Assembly: GCA_951406725.2 (NCBI GenBank)
Contig: OX597823.1
Location: 31,434,001 to 31,498,000, forward strand
DNA: 64,000 nt
Reading direction: 5' to 3'
Origin: Octopus vulgaris
Taxonomy: Eukaryota
A program made the position numbers and the translations under genes. The stretch's first letter is position 1, and every line of letters begins with the position of its first letter. Of this stretch, positions 26,872-44,774 are shown in pieces. The notes below the pieces were generated by a model. That model saw only the letters and a program-made list of their open reading frames with translations, was not told the DNA's origin and did not search any database.

Positions 26872-28798
26872 CAGGTTCTCCTCACTTAACGTCATTTCTT
26901 TTCTACTCTAGGCACAAGGCCCGAAATTTTGGGGGAGGGAACCAGCTGGTACTTAATTTATCGACCCCGAAAGAATGAAAGGTAAAGTCGATCTCGGCGG
27001 AATTTGAACTCAGAACGTAGCGGCAGACGAAATACCAATTTCTTTACTACCCACAAGGGGCTAAACACAGGGAGGACAAACAAGGACAGACAAACGGATT
27101 AAGTCGATTACATTGACCCCAGTGCGTAACTGGTACTTAGTTTATCGACCCCGAAAGGATGAAAGGCAAAAAGGCAAAGTCGACCTCGGCAGAATTTGAA
27201 CTCAGAACGTAACGGCAGACGAAATACGACTACGTATTTCGCCCGGCGCGCTAACGTTTCTGCCAGCTCGCCGCCTTAACGTCGTTTCATTATAACTTCG
27301 ATGTGATATGAATATAAAATTAAAATAAAAATTCGAAAAGTGCACGCCTATCAAATTAAATCTTTGCTTGCTTTAATATTTTTTCTTTCTTTCTTTCTTT
27401 CTTTCCGTCTTTCTTTCTTTCTTTCTTCCTTTCTTTCTTTCTTTCTTTATATATTTTAATAACCTGTTGCGTTTTCAGTTCAGTAAAATATAAATAAACA
27501 ATACTGAATAACGATTGTTAAAAATACATTTTCGTCGAGTTCTGGGACATATAAGATCGGTCAACCGGTTTCCATGGCGTTTACGTTTTCATGATCAAAA
27601 CATTCCGCCTAAACGGGACACCAACTCGTTGCAGGGTTCAAGGCTAGCAATTATGAGGAAAAGGGGGTCAGTCGATTGCATCGGCCCCAGTACTTGACTG
27701 GTATGAAGGCGTGTAGTCTAGTGGTTAGGGTACTGCACTCACGATCGTTAGATTGTGTGTTCGATTCCCAAACTGGATGACGAGTTGTATTCTTGAGCCA
27801 AACACTTCGTTTCACGTTGCTTTACGGGTGGGAAAGTGGCAGAATCGTTATTGCGTTGCTGGGGATGTTTTTTGGTGAACCTGTGGTTTTCTACATTCTG
27901 ATTTCAATTCCCACCTGCCTGGAGAAGGCAACAAGAAACCACTCCAGCATTCATCGAAAGCCTAGTTCACGGTAACTGAAGTTCCAGTCATCTACTTAAC
28001 AGTGGCAGGAGAGGGTCATGCTTGGAGAAGGTTCACATGCACATGACCTGCCCAACGGCAGGCCACCACTAGTCTTGAGTGGTACTTTATTTTATCGACC
28101 CTGAAGGATTGAAGGTTGACCTCGGCGAGATTTAAATCCAGAACGTAGAGAGCTTAGAAGGAATGCTGCCAAGCATTTTGTCCAACATGCTAAAGATTCC
28201 GGGAACCCGTTGCCTTGCGATGAATGACAACGACAGTCATTCAATTTGTTTTTCTTGTTTTGTTTTGGGTTTTTTTTCACGAACATCATCTAAAATGCAG
28301 TCTTACACGTTTATTGTCAACTTCATTTTAAGGTACGACAAAACTTGAAATATAAAACAGTGGTGAAACTTGAATATCCTGGTGAAGAAATACTGAATAT
28401 GGAACTTATGGAGGTCGAATAGCACCGTGCGAGAATGAAAAAGAATTTAACAATTTCAGATTTGTCTCAGGTTTTTTATCCTTAGTTAAAACTACAGCCA
28501 TTTTCACTGTAACAAAGATACCTTAAGACATAGATCTTCAAACAGAATAAAAAATGAGTGATGCAAATCTTTCTTATATATGTTAATAACACATATATAT
28601 GTTTCAATATTTAATACCAGAAGTGATTTCAGTCTTTATTAAGAAGTTTGTTGATGTTTTCCTGACCTGGGGATACATTGTATGAATGCAGTTCTTCATT
28701 ATATCATGGAACGAACAGCAAAATTGTCGCTTTACGTCGTTTCACTAAAAGTCGCAATTTTTAAGAATCTGTCAACGACGTTAAGTGAAAACTGGCTG
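26872..28798. mobile_element. Pogo/Tigger-like DNA transposon relic carrying nested SINEs
   Basis: Left end CAGGTTCTCCTCACTTAACGTC; the right end reverse-complements to TA-CAGCCAGTTTTCACTTAACGTCGTT. No transposase ORF recognised. Confidence 0.45.
26899..27275 (-). mobile_element. SINE B dimer with 13-bp TSD
   Basis: TTAACGTC(A/G)TTTC at 26886-26898 and 27276-27288; internal tail B to GTATTTCG junction near 27035. Confidence 0.85.
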
Positions 28799-29131
28799 TA
28801 CAAAGTATCAAAAGCTGAATATAACAGACACTTCTTGACATATGTCTCATAGAAATGCAGGGAACTAATGATTAGCCCCGTGGAAGTCTATATGATTAAA
28901 TATACGTCTCAGAGCTATAACAAGGCGCCCATATATTACCAAGCGGTCAAATTTTCTGCGCTGCCGGATAATGTTCGTTGGGTATTTGCGCAAACGAAGA
29001 GTATCACACTATTACACATAAGACACGTGATGTAAATATAATTGCTTCTGCATATAAAAGAGTCTTCTGGCTGGGGTAACGGTGAGGCTTAAATATGAAA
29101 GTAACTATTAGAATATCGGAATGCTTTATAC

Positions 29132-29192
<61 letters not shown>

Positions 29193-30648
29193 CTATCAAT
29201 TGTTCTCCTTCACTGCACAACCCCGTTCCACGGAACAGCATTTCCATCTGATTTCTAAGCTTCGTCCGCCATTACTTTCACTGATTATGTCTCTTTCTCA
29301 CTAATTCTATGATTCTCTCTTTCTTCATGGAAGATAAATGTCCCAAAAGTTAAGGCATTTTCTCTTTCTATTAAAACGTTAAGCTGATATTCTATTTGTC
29401 AAACTTTGGTTTTGTGGCTTTCCAGTCATGCTAGAGATGTATACTTCCTTGCACAGACGTGGCAATGACGGGCGCCTCTTGCAACGGGTGTTCAGAGAGA
29501 TTATCACTCACGCTGACACATGCCTTTATTCAATCTTGGAATTTTCATTGAGTGTTTTGTCTTTCTTGGGTATGGTGAGCCACAATTCAGAACAGAAATG
29601 CTAACAGAGATGTTAAAAGGCAAGCGATGCCTGTGTTTAAAGCTTTTTAAGGTAAGGAAAGGTCTCGAACAAGGCTAATAGCCATTCTCTAGACAACATA
29701 TGCATTTTCACAGGAAAAATAACTAATCTACATCATTGGATGTAAATGAAACCGAAAGGAGTTATATCGGAGTTTCCTCCTCCCAGAGGGATTGTCTAAA
29801 CAAAGGCTGTTTAATGGCTGTTGAACCTTCAGAGTTTATCCGCCCATTGACTGGCTTTGTTTTTCATCCTATAGAGTGTCCAACGGAAACCACACTCCTT
29901 ACCAAGTAGATTTACTAGCGTTGCCGATTTTGTCGTCGACGGCCTGCTATGCGACATGCTGTACTGCGTCACGTGTTACCAGTAACACCAAAGCAGACCT
30001 GGCATAAAATATACATGCATATATACATGTATTAAATAACAGGGGTAAATGCATCACATGTATAAGACACAATAATAAAACGATATAACTTTTTTGACAG
30101 AAGGTATTTAAAGCGAGCGCTGAATAGACATTAAAAAATTCATATTTAATGTGGTTAATATATTGAAGTATAAAGACGGCTTTGAAAAAAAGCAGTCGAA
30201 AATAGCTAAACGCTACACACACACACACACACACACACAAATATATATGTATATATATATTTGTGTATTTTTCTTCCATCACGAATTCGTGTTTCTAAAT
30301 GTCCTCCACTTAAGAGTCGTTCGTACAAGATCGGTACCGAATGTATAGGCAGGTCAAACCGAGTGAAAAACCGGAAAGATACGAGTGCAGCTGAAATGTC
30401 GATAATCTTTTATTTCTTTTTTTTTTTATTTTCCTTTTATTTTGTACGAGTAAAATGCGTTATAAGACTACGGAATTGTATGCAATTAATTGCAAAAATG
30501 GTATTTAAAATCAACTTACAAAAATGAGCTGTCGCTTAAATAACAGAAATAAACATTTCACGTATACACATACATATACCCACATGTATGGTCATATACA
30601 CATATTCATAGATACACATACGCACATACATACATATGAACACATATA

Positions 30649-30737
<89 letters not shown>

Positions 30738-30781
30738 ATACGTATATATTCCTATACATGCATACACATACACACATACAC

Positions 30782-30827
<46 letters not shown>

Positions 30828-31080
30828 ATACATACAGGCGCACACACACATACGCACATACATACATACACACATACATACATACATACATAAATACATA
30901 CATACATACATACGTACATACATACATACATACGTACATACATACATACATATATATCTGTTCACGTATATCTATGTATGTACGGCTTACTATACACGCA
31001 CACATACATACACACGCACACACGCACACAGCCATAGAGGCTAAGCTAAAAACCATAAGTGTGTGTGTGTGTGCGCGCGC

Positions 31081-31111
<31 letters not shown>

Positions 31112-32371
31112 TGTGTATGTGCGTATTAATGTATATGTGAGCATGTGTTTGTACAGTTCTTCATCTGTCTATGCGCGTGTGTACGCGTGTGTCTATTGTG
31201 TGAGTATGTATCTATTGTATGTGTGTGTGTGTGTGTGTGTGGTGTGTGTGTGTATGTGTGGTGTGAGCGGTGATAGTTAAGTTTTGGTTAGATTATGAAA
31301 CAAACAAGAGTCCAGTGTAGATGAACGAAGATAGCGAGCGTTACAGGAAACTGGGGAGGGGAGGAGGGGGAGGAGCGGAGGGGAGGAGCAGAGGGAGGGA
31401 AGGAGGAAGGGGAGACCTGTTGAGTGAAGAAGCGTGGTGGGAGTGAGAAGTGTGAGAGGAGGGGTGAGCACTTGAAGAATGGTCGACATGTAGGAAGCAT
31501 TTCGACGATGGAATTTTTATTACGCCATTTCTTAGGATTTGGTCTGCAACTGCCAGTAGTGTATGCGTACATCTGTGTGTGTGTGTGAATGTGTGTGTGA
31601 GAGAGAGAGGGGGGTAGAAAGAGAGAGAGAGATAGGGAGGTAGAGGGAGGGAGAGAGAGGTAGAAGAAGAGAGAGAGAGAGGTAGAGGAAGAGAGAGAGA
31701 GAGAGAGGGGAGAGAGAGCGTATTTATACATAATCACACATAGATATGTGTGTGTATATGTGTGTGTACTCGTTTATTCTTTTCTTTTACTTGTTTCATT
31801 CATTGGACTGCGGTCATGCTGGAGCACCGTATTGACGAGTTTAGTCGAACAAATCTTCTGCTAACTTATTCTATCGGTCTCTTTGTACGAACCGCTACAC
31901 TGCGCAGGCGCAAAAAATAAGCAACGCCATTTGTAAAGCGATTTGGGGATGACAGATTACTCACAGAAAGACACACAATCACATATCTCCTACTTGATCA
32001 AATCATTTGACTGCGGCCATGCTGGGGCACCGCCTAGAAGGAATTTAGTCGAACGAATTGACCGCAGGACTTATTCTTTTATAAAGGCTGGTACTTATTC
32101 TATTGGTCTCTTTTGACGAACCACTAGGTTACGGAGACGTAAACGCACCAACACCGGTTGTCAAGCAGTGGTAGAAGACAGACACACAGATACACACATA
32201 TGTATCAATATAAATATATACGTCGGGCTTTTCTCAGTTTCCGTCTACCAAATCCACACACAAGACTTTGATCAACCCTGGGCTATAGTAGAAGACACTT
32301 GCCCAAGGTGCCACTCAGTGGGACTGAACCCGGAATCATGTGACTAGGAAGCAAACTTCTTACCACACAGC

Positions 32372-32970
32372 CGTATTTCGTCTGCCTTTCCGTTCTGAGT
32401 TCAAATTCCGCCGAGGTCGACTTTGCCTTTCATCCTTCCGGGGTCGATAAATTAAGAAGCAGTTACGCACTGGGGTCGATATAATTGACTTAATCCGTTT
32501 GTCTGTCCTTGTTTGTCCTCTCTCTGTTTAACCCCTTGTAGGTAGTAAAGAAATAGGTATTTCGTCTGCCTCTACGTTCTGAGTTCAAATTCCGCCGAGG
32601 TCGACTTTACCTTTCATCTTTTCTGGGTCGACTTTACCTTTCATCCTTTCTGGGTCGACTAAATAAGTACCAGTCACGTACTGGGGTCGATCTAATCGAC
32701 TTAATCCGTTTGTCCGTATGCCCTTGTTTGTTCCCTCTGTGTGTAGCCCCTTGTGGGTAGTAAAGAAATAAGAAACGTTAGCATACCGGGAGAAATGCTT
32801 AACAGTATTTCATCTGTCTTTACGTTCTGAGTTCAAATTCCACCGAGGTCGACTTTACTTTTCATCCTTTCGGGGTCGATAAATTAAGTTCCAGATGCGT
32901 ACTGAGGTCGATCTAATCGACTGGCCCCCTCCCCAAAAATTTCGGGCTTTGTGCCTAGAGTAGAAAAGAA
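32372..32970 (+). mobile_element. SINE B trimer (core+tailB, core+tailB, partial head+core+tailA)
   Basis: Junctions AAAGAAATAG|GTATTTCG (~32556) and AAAGAAATA|AGAAACGTTAG (~32770). Confidence 0.85.
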
Positions 32971-33124
32971 TATGTGTGTGTGTGCGTGTGTGCGTGTGTG
33001 GGTGGGTGTGTGGGTGTGTACGTATGAATTTTCTGTATACGTTGATGACCTTTCCGTTGTGTCTATTAAGTATTGATTAATGCATGTGTATACGTGTGAA
33101 TTATACGTATGCGCATGTGCGTGA

Positions 33125-33192
<68 letters not shown>

Positions 33193-33277
33193 TGCAACAG
33201 CTGTATTGCGATTATACGTCGTCGTTGCAAATGGTGTTGTTGTTGTTGCTGTTACTCTTTTGTACTCTAGGTATAGT

Positions 33278-33535
33278 GGAGGCGCGTGGCGTAGTGGTTA
33301 GGGTGTCAGCTTCATGATCGTAAGATTGTGGTTTCGATTCCTGGACCGGGCGACACGTTGTGTTCTTGAGCAAAACACTTTATTTCACGTTGCTCCGATC
33401 CACTCAGCTGGCAAAAATTAGTAACGCTGCGATGGACTGGCGCCCCGTCCAGCTGGGGAACACATACGCTGTAGACCTGGGAAAGCGGGCCCATGAACCT
33501 GGCTAGGCTTTAAAAAGATGCATTTATTTATTTAT
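33278..33535 (+). mobile_element. tRNA-derived SINE family C
   Basis: A box TGGCGTAGTGG, B box GTTTCGATTCC, then TTGTGTTCTTGAGCAA; (TTTA)n tail. Copies at 27706-27825 (+) and 55985-56130 (-). Confidence 0.85.
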
Positions 33536-34319
33536 TTTACTCTAGGTACAAGGCCCGAAATTTTGGGGGAGGGGACCAGTCGATTAGATTGACCTCAGTG
33601 CGCAACTGGTACTTAATTTATCGAACACGAAAGGATGAAAGGCAAAGTCGACTATGGAGGAATTTGAACTCAGAACGTAGCGGCAGACGAAAGAATGGTT
33701 TTCGTTTCTCTTCTGTTGTAGGATGTTGCTATTTCTTTGAATGGAAAAGGCGGCGAGCTGGCAGAATCGTTAGCACGCCGGGCTAAATGCTTGGCAGTAT
33801 GTCGTCTGCATTTACGTTCTGAGATCAAATTCCACCAAGATTAATTTTACCTTTCCTTCTTTCGGGGTCAATAACATTAGTACCATTTGAGCTCTGGAGT
33901 CGATGTAATCGACTTACACTCCTCCCCTGAACTTACTGGTCTTGCACCAATATTTCCAACTACCACTACAGCTACTACTACTGCTGCTGCTGCTACTACT
34001 ACTACTATCGTTATTATCATTATTTATTTTATGCATTATTTATATGGTTTTATTTAGTTTATCTACAGATTGGGATCTCGACTGTTCGTATTGCCGCTTT
34101 TGCACAAATCTATCTTTTGATTTTGGTGACGTTTGTATAAACAGAGAACATACTAAATCACTGTAGATAACGATGGTGGTGTTGTTGTTGATGTTGTTGT
34201 TGTAATAGGGTCGGGTGGAGGAGCTGTAGTGGGTTAGATAAGGTGAAAAGGCAAGCAATTAGGGTACTGATGTAAAAAGATAGGAAGAGAGAGAGAGAAA
34301 GAGACGGAGGCAGGCAGAC

Positions 34320-34354
<35 letters not shown>

Positions 34355-34602
34355 GGCAGGGATAGAGAGATGGAGAGGGAGAGATCAAATGTTGCTAATG
34401 TTTTGAAAAGATTGATGAACAGAAGGAGAGAGAGGGAGCTCCGTTTGATAAATATTCCCTGCTGAAGTAGGTCACATGATGTAAAGGAGGCATTGATAGA
34501 TGGATAGATAGAAGAGTTAGATGTGTTTAATTACGTTTATACGGACGTATTATGAACGTACGAGTGTATGTATGCATATACATATATACATACATATATA
34601 TA

Positions 34603-34657
<55 letters not shown>

Positions 34658-36019
34658 GTATATATATATATATTCATATATATATATATATATATTCGTA
34701 CATATATTATATACTTATATATATGTATATATATATATATTCTTTCTTTCTTTTATTCTTTTATTTGTTCCAGTCATTTGACTGCGGCCATGCTGGAGCA
34801 CCGCCTTCAGTAGAACAAATGGATCCCATGATTTATTCTTTGTAAGCCTAGTTTTTATTCTAGCGGTTGTCAAGCGATGGTGGGGGGACAAACAGACACT
34901 CAAATACATATACACACATACTCACATACATACATACATACATACATACATACGACGGGCTTCTTTCAGTTTCCATCAGAACATTCCACTCACAAGGCTT
35001 TGGTCGGCTCGGAACTATAGTAGAAGACACTTGCCCATGGTGCCATGCAGTGGCACTGAACCCGGAACTATGTGGTTGGGAAGCAAGCTACTTACCGCAC
35101 AGCCACTCCTGCGCCTATATGTATATACAAATATATGTGTCTGTTTGTCTGTCTGTATATGTATAAATGTGTGTGTGCTTGTATGAATGTATATGTAGTT
35201 GTAGTGAATGTTTGTGTGCACATACATAGATGCATATGTACGAACACTCGCACATATGGACAAACACACACATGCATGCATGCATACATACATACATACA
35301 TACATACATACATACATACATACATACATACATACATACATACATACATAGTAGGAGTGTGGTTATAGGGTAATGTGATAGGCCTAATAGAGTTGTCATT
35401 GCAATCTTATTGCTTCCAGCTCGCTTGTTATTGGCCAGCCCCTGTAGTGAACCGAGAAACGAGTCCTTAGGTGAGTCTAGGAATGCACTCAAGGCGAGAA
35501 AGAAACTGTGGCGATCAGACTGAATTTCCGCCGGCTTCCGGTAGCGAAGAAAAAATATCAGTTGTCATGAGGCTTTCTCGCCACTGGATCTACCTCCTTC
35601 GCAGCTCAAGCAATGATGCCGACAAATGCGTACCCCGACCTACGCTAAAACCATTTTTTTATGCCGATAAACTTTTCCATGACATTGATCTTCGATCTTA
35701 GATACTGCATCCTTAAAATAATTAGGTGGTGATAGAAAATCTTGCAATTAAGACAGATGTCGACGTGCGAGAAGTGTTTAGTGAGAATACTTTACGTCAT
35801 CCACACAGAACAACGTTGCAGCTAGGTTTAAGAAGGAATTTGCCCCCGGTTGACTCATGTGTGAGACTGAGTGTCTCTTTCTAAAGTCCACACTGCTTAC
35901 TCCAGCCAGTGGAATTCCCCTAAATATGGCCTGAATCGCCCGTTCAAATCAGTTCCCGAACAGGAAACTGCGCCTATCTGAATATTCTTAATTGAACTCA
36001 GGAAACTGACTAAGCAAAA

Positions 36020-36560
36020 CAACACTTCAGCTTGTCACGCGGAATGTCTAACACAGTTTCATGTCAGAAATTAGATCAACTTACTTCAGCCTCGAACAGC
36101 TGGAGTTAGCCTGTAAACTAGGTGGGGTCTACTGTTTAGAACCTGTAATTTAAGGGTCTGCTACTGCACTCATTGAAAACTGACTACCCCCATAAACCTC
36201 TTTAACAGAGGTTTGTGGGGGTACCTTATTCTAGAATGGCGGCATCAGTAACATAACATCGGTTTTGCTTTGAGAAACAGTCCGCTGTCTGAACTAACCG
36301 AGACCCCGTTTATAAGCAACTGATGTAATTTCGTATTCCACTTGCAGAAAGTCTCAATGACGGAGTAACTGTACAGTAATCTGCCATCTTGAGAGTCTGA
36401 ACAAAGACCGCTTATATCAGGCAGTAACTAAAATACCAAAACAAGACAAATTCCTCCTAATAGGTATTTGTGATAGGATGAAAGAATTAAAAAACTGGAT
36501 CGGATGATTAGTGACCATAGAGTTAGGGAAACTAACAGAAAGGACATCAGACTTCGTTTT
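36020..36560 (+). pseudogene. Very decayed APE endonuclease of an RTE-like LINE
   Basis: LVTRNV (LATWNV-like), IGFAL and LYQAVTKIPKQDKFLLIG (preceding a GDFN-type motif). Confidence 0.45.
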
Positions 36561-36749
36561 CTTTATGCGACAAACACCGTCAACATTACAATACTATCTC
36601 CCAGGAGAAAAGCGATTGCTAGTCTTCAGGCAGGCATCCTGGATATAAATGTCGAAATCTGGTTAGCTACAACAGGGTTAGGCGGGTAGACCGCAAAACA
36701 TATTCTGCTCATTCTAGTCACTTGTGTATTGAAGGATGCTGCTCGTTGG

Positions 36750-39952
<3,203 letters not shown>

Positions 39953-40914
39953 ATGCGTACAAACATACATACATACCTTTATTGATAGATAGAGATAGAG
40001 AGAGAGAGATTCTCACATGTATACGTCAGAATCTATAAAATATCATCTATACAATATCAATTCAGAGTCTATATAATACAATCTCTCTTTTATATAATAT
40101 AGACACCATCTTGCAATAACTAAAAAAAAAAATCTGCCTCCAGGGTTCTTTAAAGTCAGAAAACAGCAGACAATAAAATAAGTAATCAAAATTTATTTTT
40201 GCAAAATTGCCAATGCAGTTAAGAATGGGGAAGCCTCCAAATTGAAAGCGAGACGCAACATAGATTGACTGATTGCAATAGAAATCTGTTCCTGATACTA
40301 TGACGACGCTGTTCGTCTGAACATTGCTCACGTCATGAAAGTGTTCCTGAATTATTAAAACACTGTTCAAATATCCGGTTATGTTGCAATTTCTAATGAG
40401 AGATATATTTTCCTATACACAATGTTTCTGTATAGGACATTTGTTCACACACACACATACAACCACATACGCACACACAGGCTCACACTCACATCCACAT
40501 GCGCTCATATATAAATGTAGAAGCGCAATGGTAAAAAATTTGCTTCCCAACCACATGGTACCGGGTTCAGTCCCACTGCGTGGCACCTTGGGCAAGTGTT
40601 TTTTTTACAATAGGACAGGCCGATCAATGACTTGTGAGTGGATTTTGTAGACGTTGGTAAACGGAAACTGAAAGAAGCCTGTCGTAATGTCATGTAATTA
40701 GATATTGACTATTACGGATATTAGATTATTGGTGGGTTTCTTACCTTAAAAATTAATACTTAAAAATTAAAATTAATATTTAACATTATAATCGATGTTT
40801 TGACATAATCAAATCGTTAAGTTTCTAGTTTGATAATAGAGTTTTTTAAAAGAAAAATTATTATATTATTTAAAAATATTGTTTAAATATTTCTGATTAT
40901 TTATTAAAATATTA

Positions 40915-41448
40915 CAATTAACCTGAAGATTGACTGTAACCATAATTCGAATTATTAATTGAATTTAAATTATTGTTATTCGAATTGGTTACGGGCATGA
41001 AACGATCGTAGTGTTTTTACACTTTATCTTATATTAAACTTTTAATGCTTTTTGATAGTTATATATATTTATTTTAAATAAATTAATCAATTAATTAATT
41101 AATTAATTAAGAAAATAAATAAATTAATAAATAAAATAAAATAATATTAATAAAATATATATATACATTTATATATATATATTTAAAATTTATAAGTTTA
41201 AATTATTATTTAAATAATTTTTAAATTTTAACTTTAATTTAAATATTTTAATTTGGAATTTATATTTTATATTTTATATTTTTTATATATTTTTTTAATT
41301 AATTTAATTTCTATGTATTGGCTTATGATTTTCACTGTTTGATTTGCCTAATAGTGGTTTTATCTCTAATTTAATATAATATATATTTATAACATGAAAT
41401 TAGATTTAATCCTAAATCTAATTTTTCCCTGTAAGTTTGGATTTACTC

Positions 41449-41455
<7 letters not shown>
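40915..41455 (+). mobile_element. AT-rich hammerhead-bearing element with long stem II
   Basis: CTGAAGA at 40923, ~70-nt stem II, GAAACGATCGTA at 40999-41010. The 3' part (41310-41455) matches 42262-42390 and 49897-49943; ends in (TA)n. Confidence 0.75.
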
Positions 41456-41500
<45 letters not shown>

Positions 41501-42155
41501 GAATTGAATTGTTGGTGTAGCAGTGACGTTCTGATGATCTGATGAGCTAGCTTTCTTTATTTGCATTACTATGTGAATATACAATTGTATTATATAATGC
41601 AAAACATGCATATTAATGCAAACTTGAAAGCATAATTTTATTCTACACTTATTACTACGTAAAAAAGGCTGCGAAACGGCCGTAGGTCTTAGGCTGTCAA
41701 GAAGTAAAATAAATATACTCATCTCTCATACTTCCTGACTTCGTATGGTTCATATCAGGGGTAATGTTGGCTTGTCCGCCCAGCCAGCGAGGTGGAATCA
41801 TTCAAAAGTAAAAACGATGCAAAGTGCTTTATGACCAGCGATGTATAACGACATACGACAGTCTAGTCGATCGTGTGACATATATAGAAAGTAAGAGCGT
41901 ATCTTTGATGTAGGTTTAAGAAATTGCCACCCTTAACGTTTAAAAGCGCAACTATTAAGTAAATTTTCACTTTGAACTTTTACATGAAACGGAGTTGAAA
42001 GAGGAGTTGGCACAGAAACAATTGTAACTTATTAAAATGCGCTGGAGCCTTTCTTTGTCTTCTTAATCGGATGATGCGCGCAAGGTGTCTATATATATAT
42101 ATATATATACAAAACATATATACATATATACATATATACATATATATATTTGAAA

Positions 42156-42219
42156 CCACCTGAAGAATGTCTACTACTCAAAGATGTGATGAAAAGAAGA
42201 CATGAAACGATCGTAGTGG
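42156..42219 (+). ncRNA. Intact-looking type I hammerhead ribozyme
   Basis: CCAC CTGAAGA ATGTCT-loop-AGACAT GAAA CGATCG TA GTGG: stem I CCAC/GTGG, 6-bp stem II, full core, GUA cleavage triplet. Lies in a ~250-bp element (42150-42400) between TA-rich tracts. Confidence 0.85.
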
Positions 42220-42398
42220 ATATTAATAATTGTTAAATTTCTAAATAATATAAATTAATTTATGTATTGGATTAAGTCTTTCTTTGTTTGATTTGCATAA
42301 TAGTGGTTTTGTCTCTAATTTAATATAATATAAAATTGGATTCAATCCTAAATCTGATTTTCCCCTGTAAGTTTGGATTTATTCCCTAATATTTATTA

Positions 42399-43011
<613 letters not shown>

Positions 43012-43227
43012 GTAATATGTGACAATTATTCGGGAGCCATGATAAAACTCCGCGTTTCGGATGCCGAGATGGCAATCCACGACGTCATCTGTTCAGTTAT
43101 CCAGCCATCAGAAAAATGCTACCGAATAATTGTCACGTATTACATTTACAGATAAATTTCTCTATTTTTATATTATCGAGGTCTCTTTCATACTTTTGTT
43201 ATCTTACCATTTTTATCAATAGATATG

Positions 43228-43782
43228 TTTCTTTATTAGCCACACAGGGCTGCACACAGATAGAACAAATTACAAGGTTGAGCTTTTCTTTTGAAGGTTT
43301 AAAAAAAAAAAAAAAAAAAAGGAAGGGGGAGTTTCGATCAAAAGGGATCATAAAAGGAGAGAAAGAGGACAAAAAAAAGGGGGGTTAAAAAAAGGGGGAG
43401 AGGAAAAAAAAATTGATCAATAGGGATCGTTATCACAGAAATGTCAATATGAAGTGTAAAGGGGAGGACAGGTGAGGTTTACCCGTGGAAAGAAAAGCCT
43501 ACGGAAAAGACCACGGTAACCTCGGTCAATGGAGTCACATGTTATATTTCTTTTTTTTTTTTTTTTTTTTGCGAATAAGCAACTCTCTGTTTTCAATTTC
43601 TGGGTTCATAGGATCAGGCTCAAGGTGGCTTCGTCATTCATACGTGCCATTCTTGCTACATTCACCCATCTTTTTTTAAAACATTCGCTAGACAAAACTT
43701 GCCTCTCTACTCTCACTTTCCTTTTCAAGTGGTACTTGAAGAAGTTGATGAGAGATTGACCAGAGAGGAAAGTGTTTGTCTC
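43228..43782 (-). mobile_element. 3' fragment of the same Tx1-like LINE, with complete 3' UTR
   Basis: 43605-43782 matches 36841-37019. Ends GTGTGGCTAATAAAGAAA; the 5' truncation abuts (AGAT)n. Confidence 0.88.
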
Positions 43783-43871
<89 letters not shown>

Positions 43872-44025
43872 TACAGATTGATAGATAGACAATTAAATTT
43901 TGGAAAAATTAAATGAAAAGTTTTCTGAAAGAATATTTGCATAGTATTTAAATAGAAGGAGCATTTTTCCTTGTTTCTGTCTGTCTCTGTCTCTCTTAAT
44001 TACTCTTGTGGGTTCGAGGTCGTTG

Positions 44026-44102
<77 letters not shown>

Positions 44103-44210
44103 ATCTATATCTATCTATCTATCTATCTATATAGTATATATATATATAGATATATGTATATATATATATGTATATATTTGTATATATATATATATATATG
44201 TATATGTATG

Positions 44211-44259
<49 letters not shown>

Positions 44260-44478
44260 TTTTACTTTTCATTTGTTTCAGTCATTTGACAGAGACCATG
44301 CTGGAGTACCTCCTTTAGTCGTACAGATTGACCCTCAGGACTTATTCTTTGTAAGCCTAGTACGTATTCTATCGGTTTCTTTTGCCGACCCGCTAAGTTA
44401 CGGGACGTAAACACACCAACAATGGTTGTCAAGCGATGGTGGGGGGACAATCATAGAATACAAACATACGCACACACA

Positions 44479-44553
<75 letters not shown>

Positions 44554-44722
44554 GACGGGTTTCTTTCAGTTTCCGTCTACTAAATCCACTCACAAGGCTT
44601 TGTTCGGCCACTGGCTATAGTAGAAGACACTTTTGGCCAAGATACCACGTAGTGGGACTGAACCCGGAACCATGTAATTAGTAAGTAAGCTACTTACCAC
44701 ACAGCCACTCCTGCTGTATGTG

Positions 44723-44774
<52 letters not shown>

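Noticed and set aside
33278-33350. tRNA-like heads at 33278, 27706, ~47900 and ~56060
   Set aside because: They lack a paired acceptor stem and continue into SINE bodies, so they are annotated as SINEs, not tRNA genes.
41040-41310. Extremely AT-rich stretch suggesting a mitochondrial control-region insertion
   Set aside because: It is bracketed by parts of the hammerhead element family and paralleled at 49750-49943; no mitochondrial genes are nearby.
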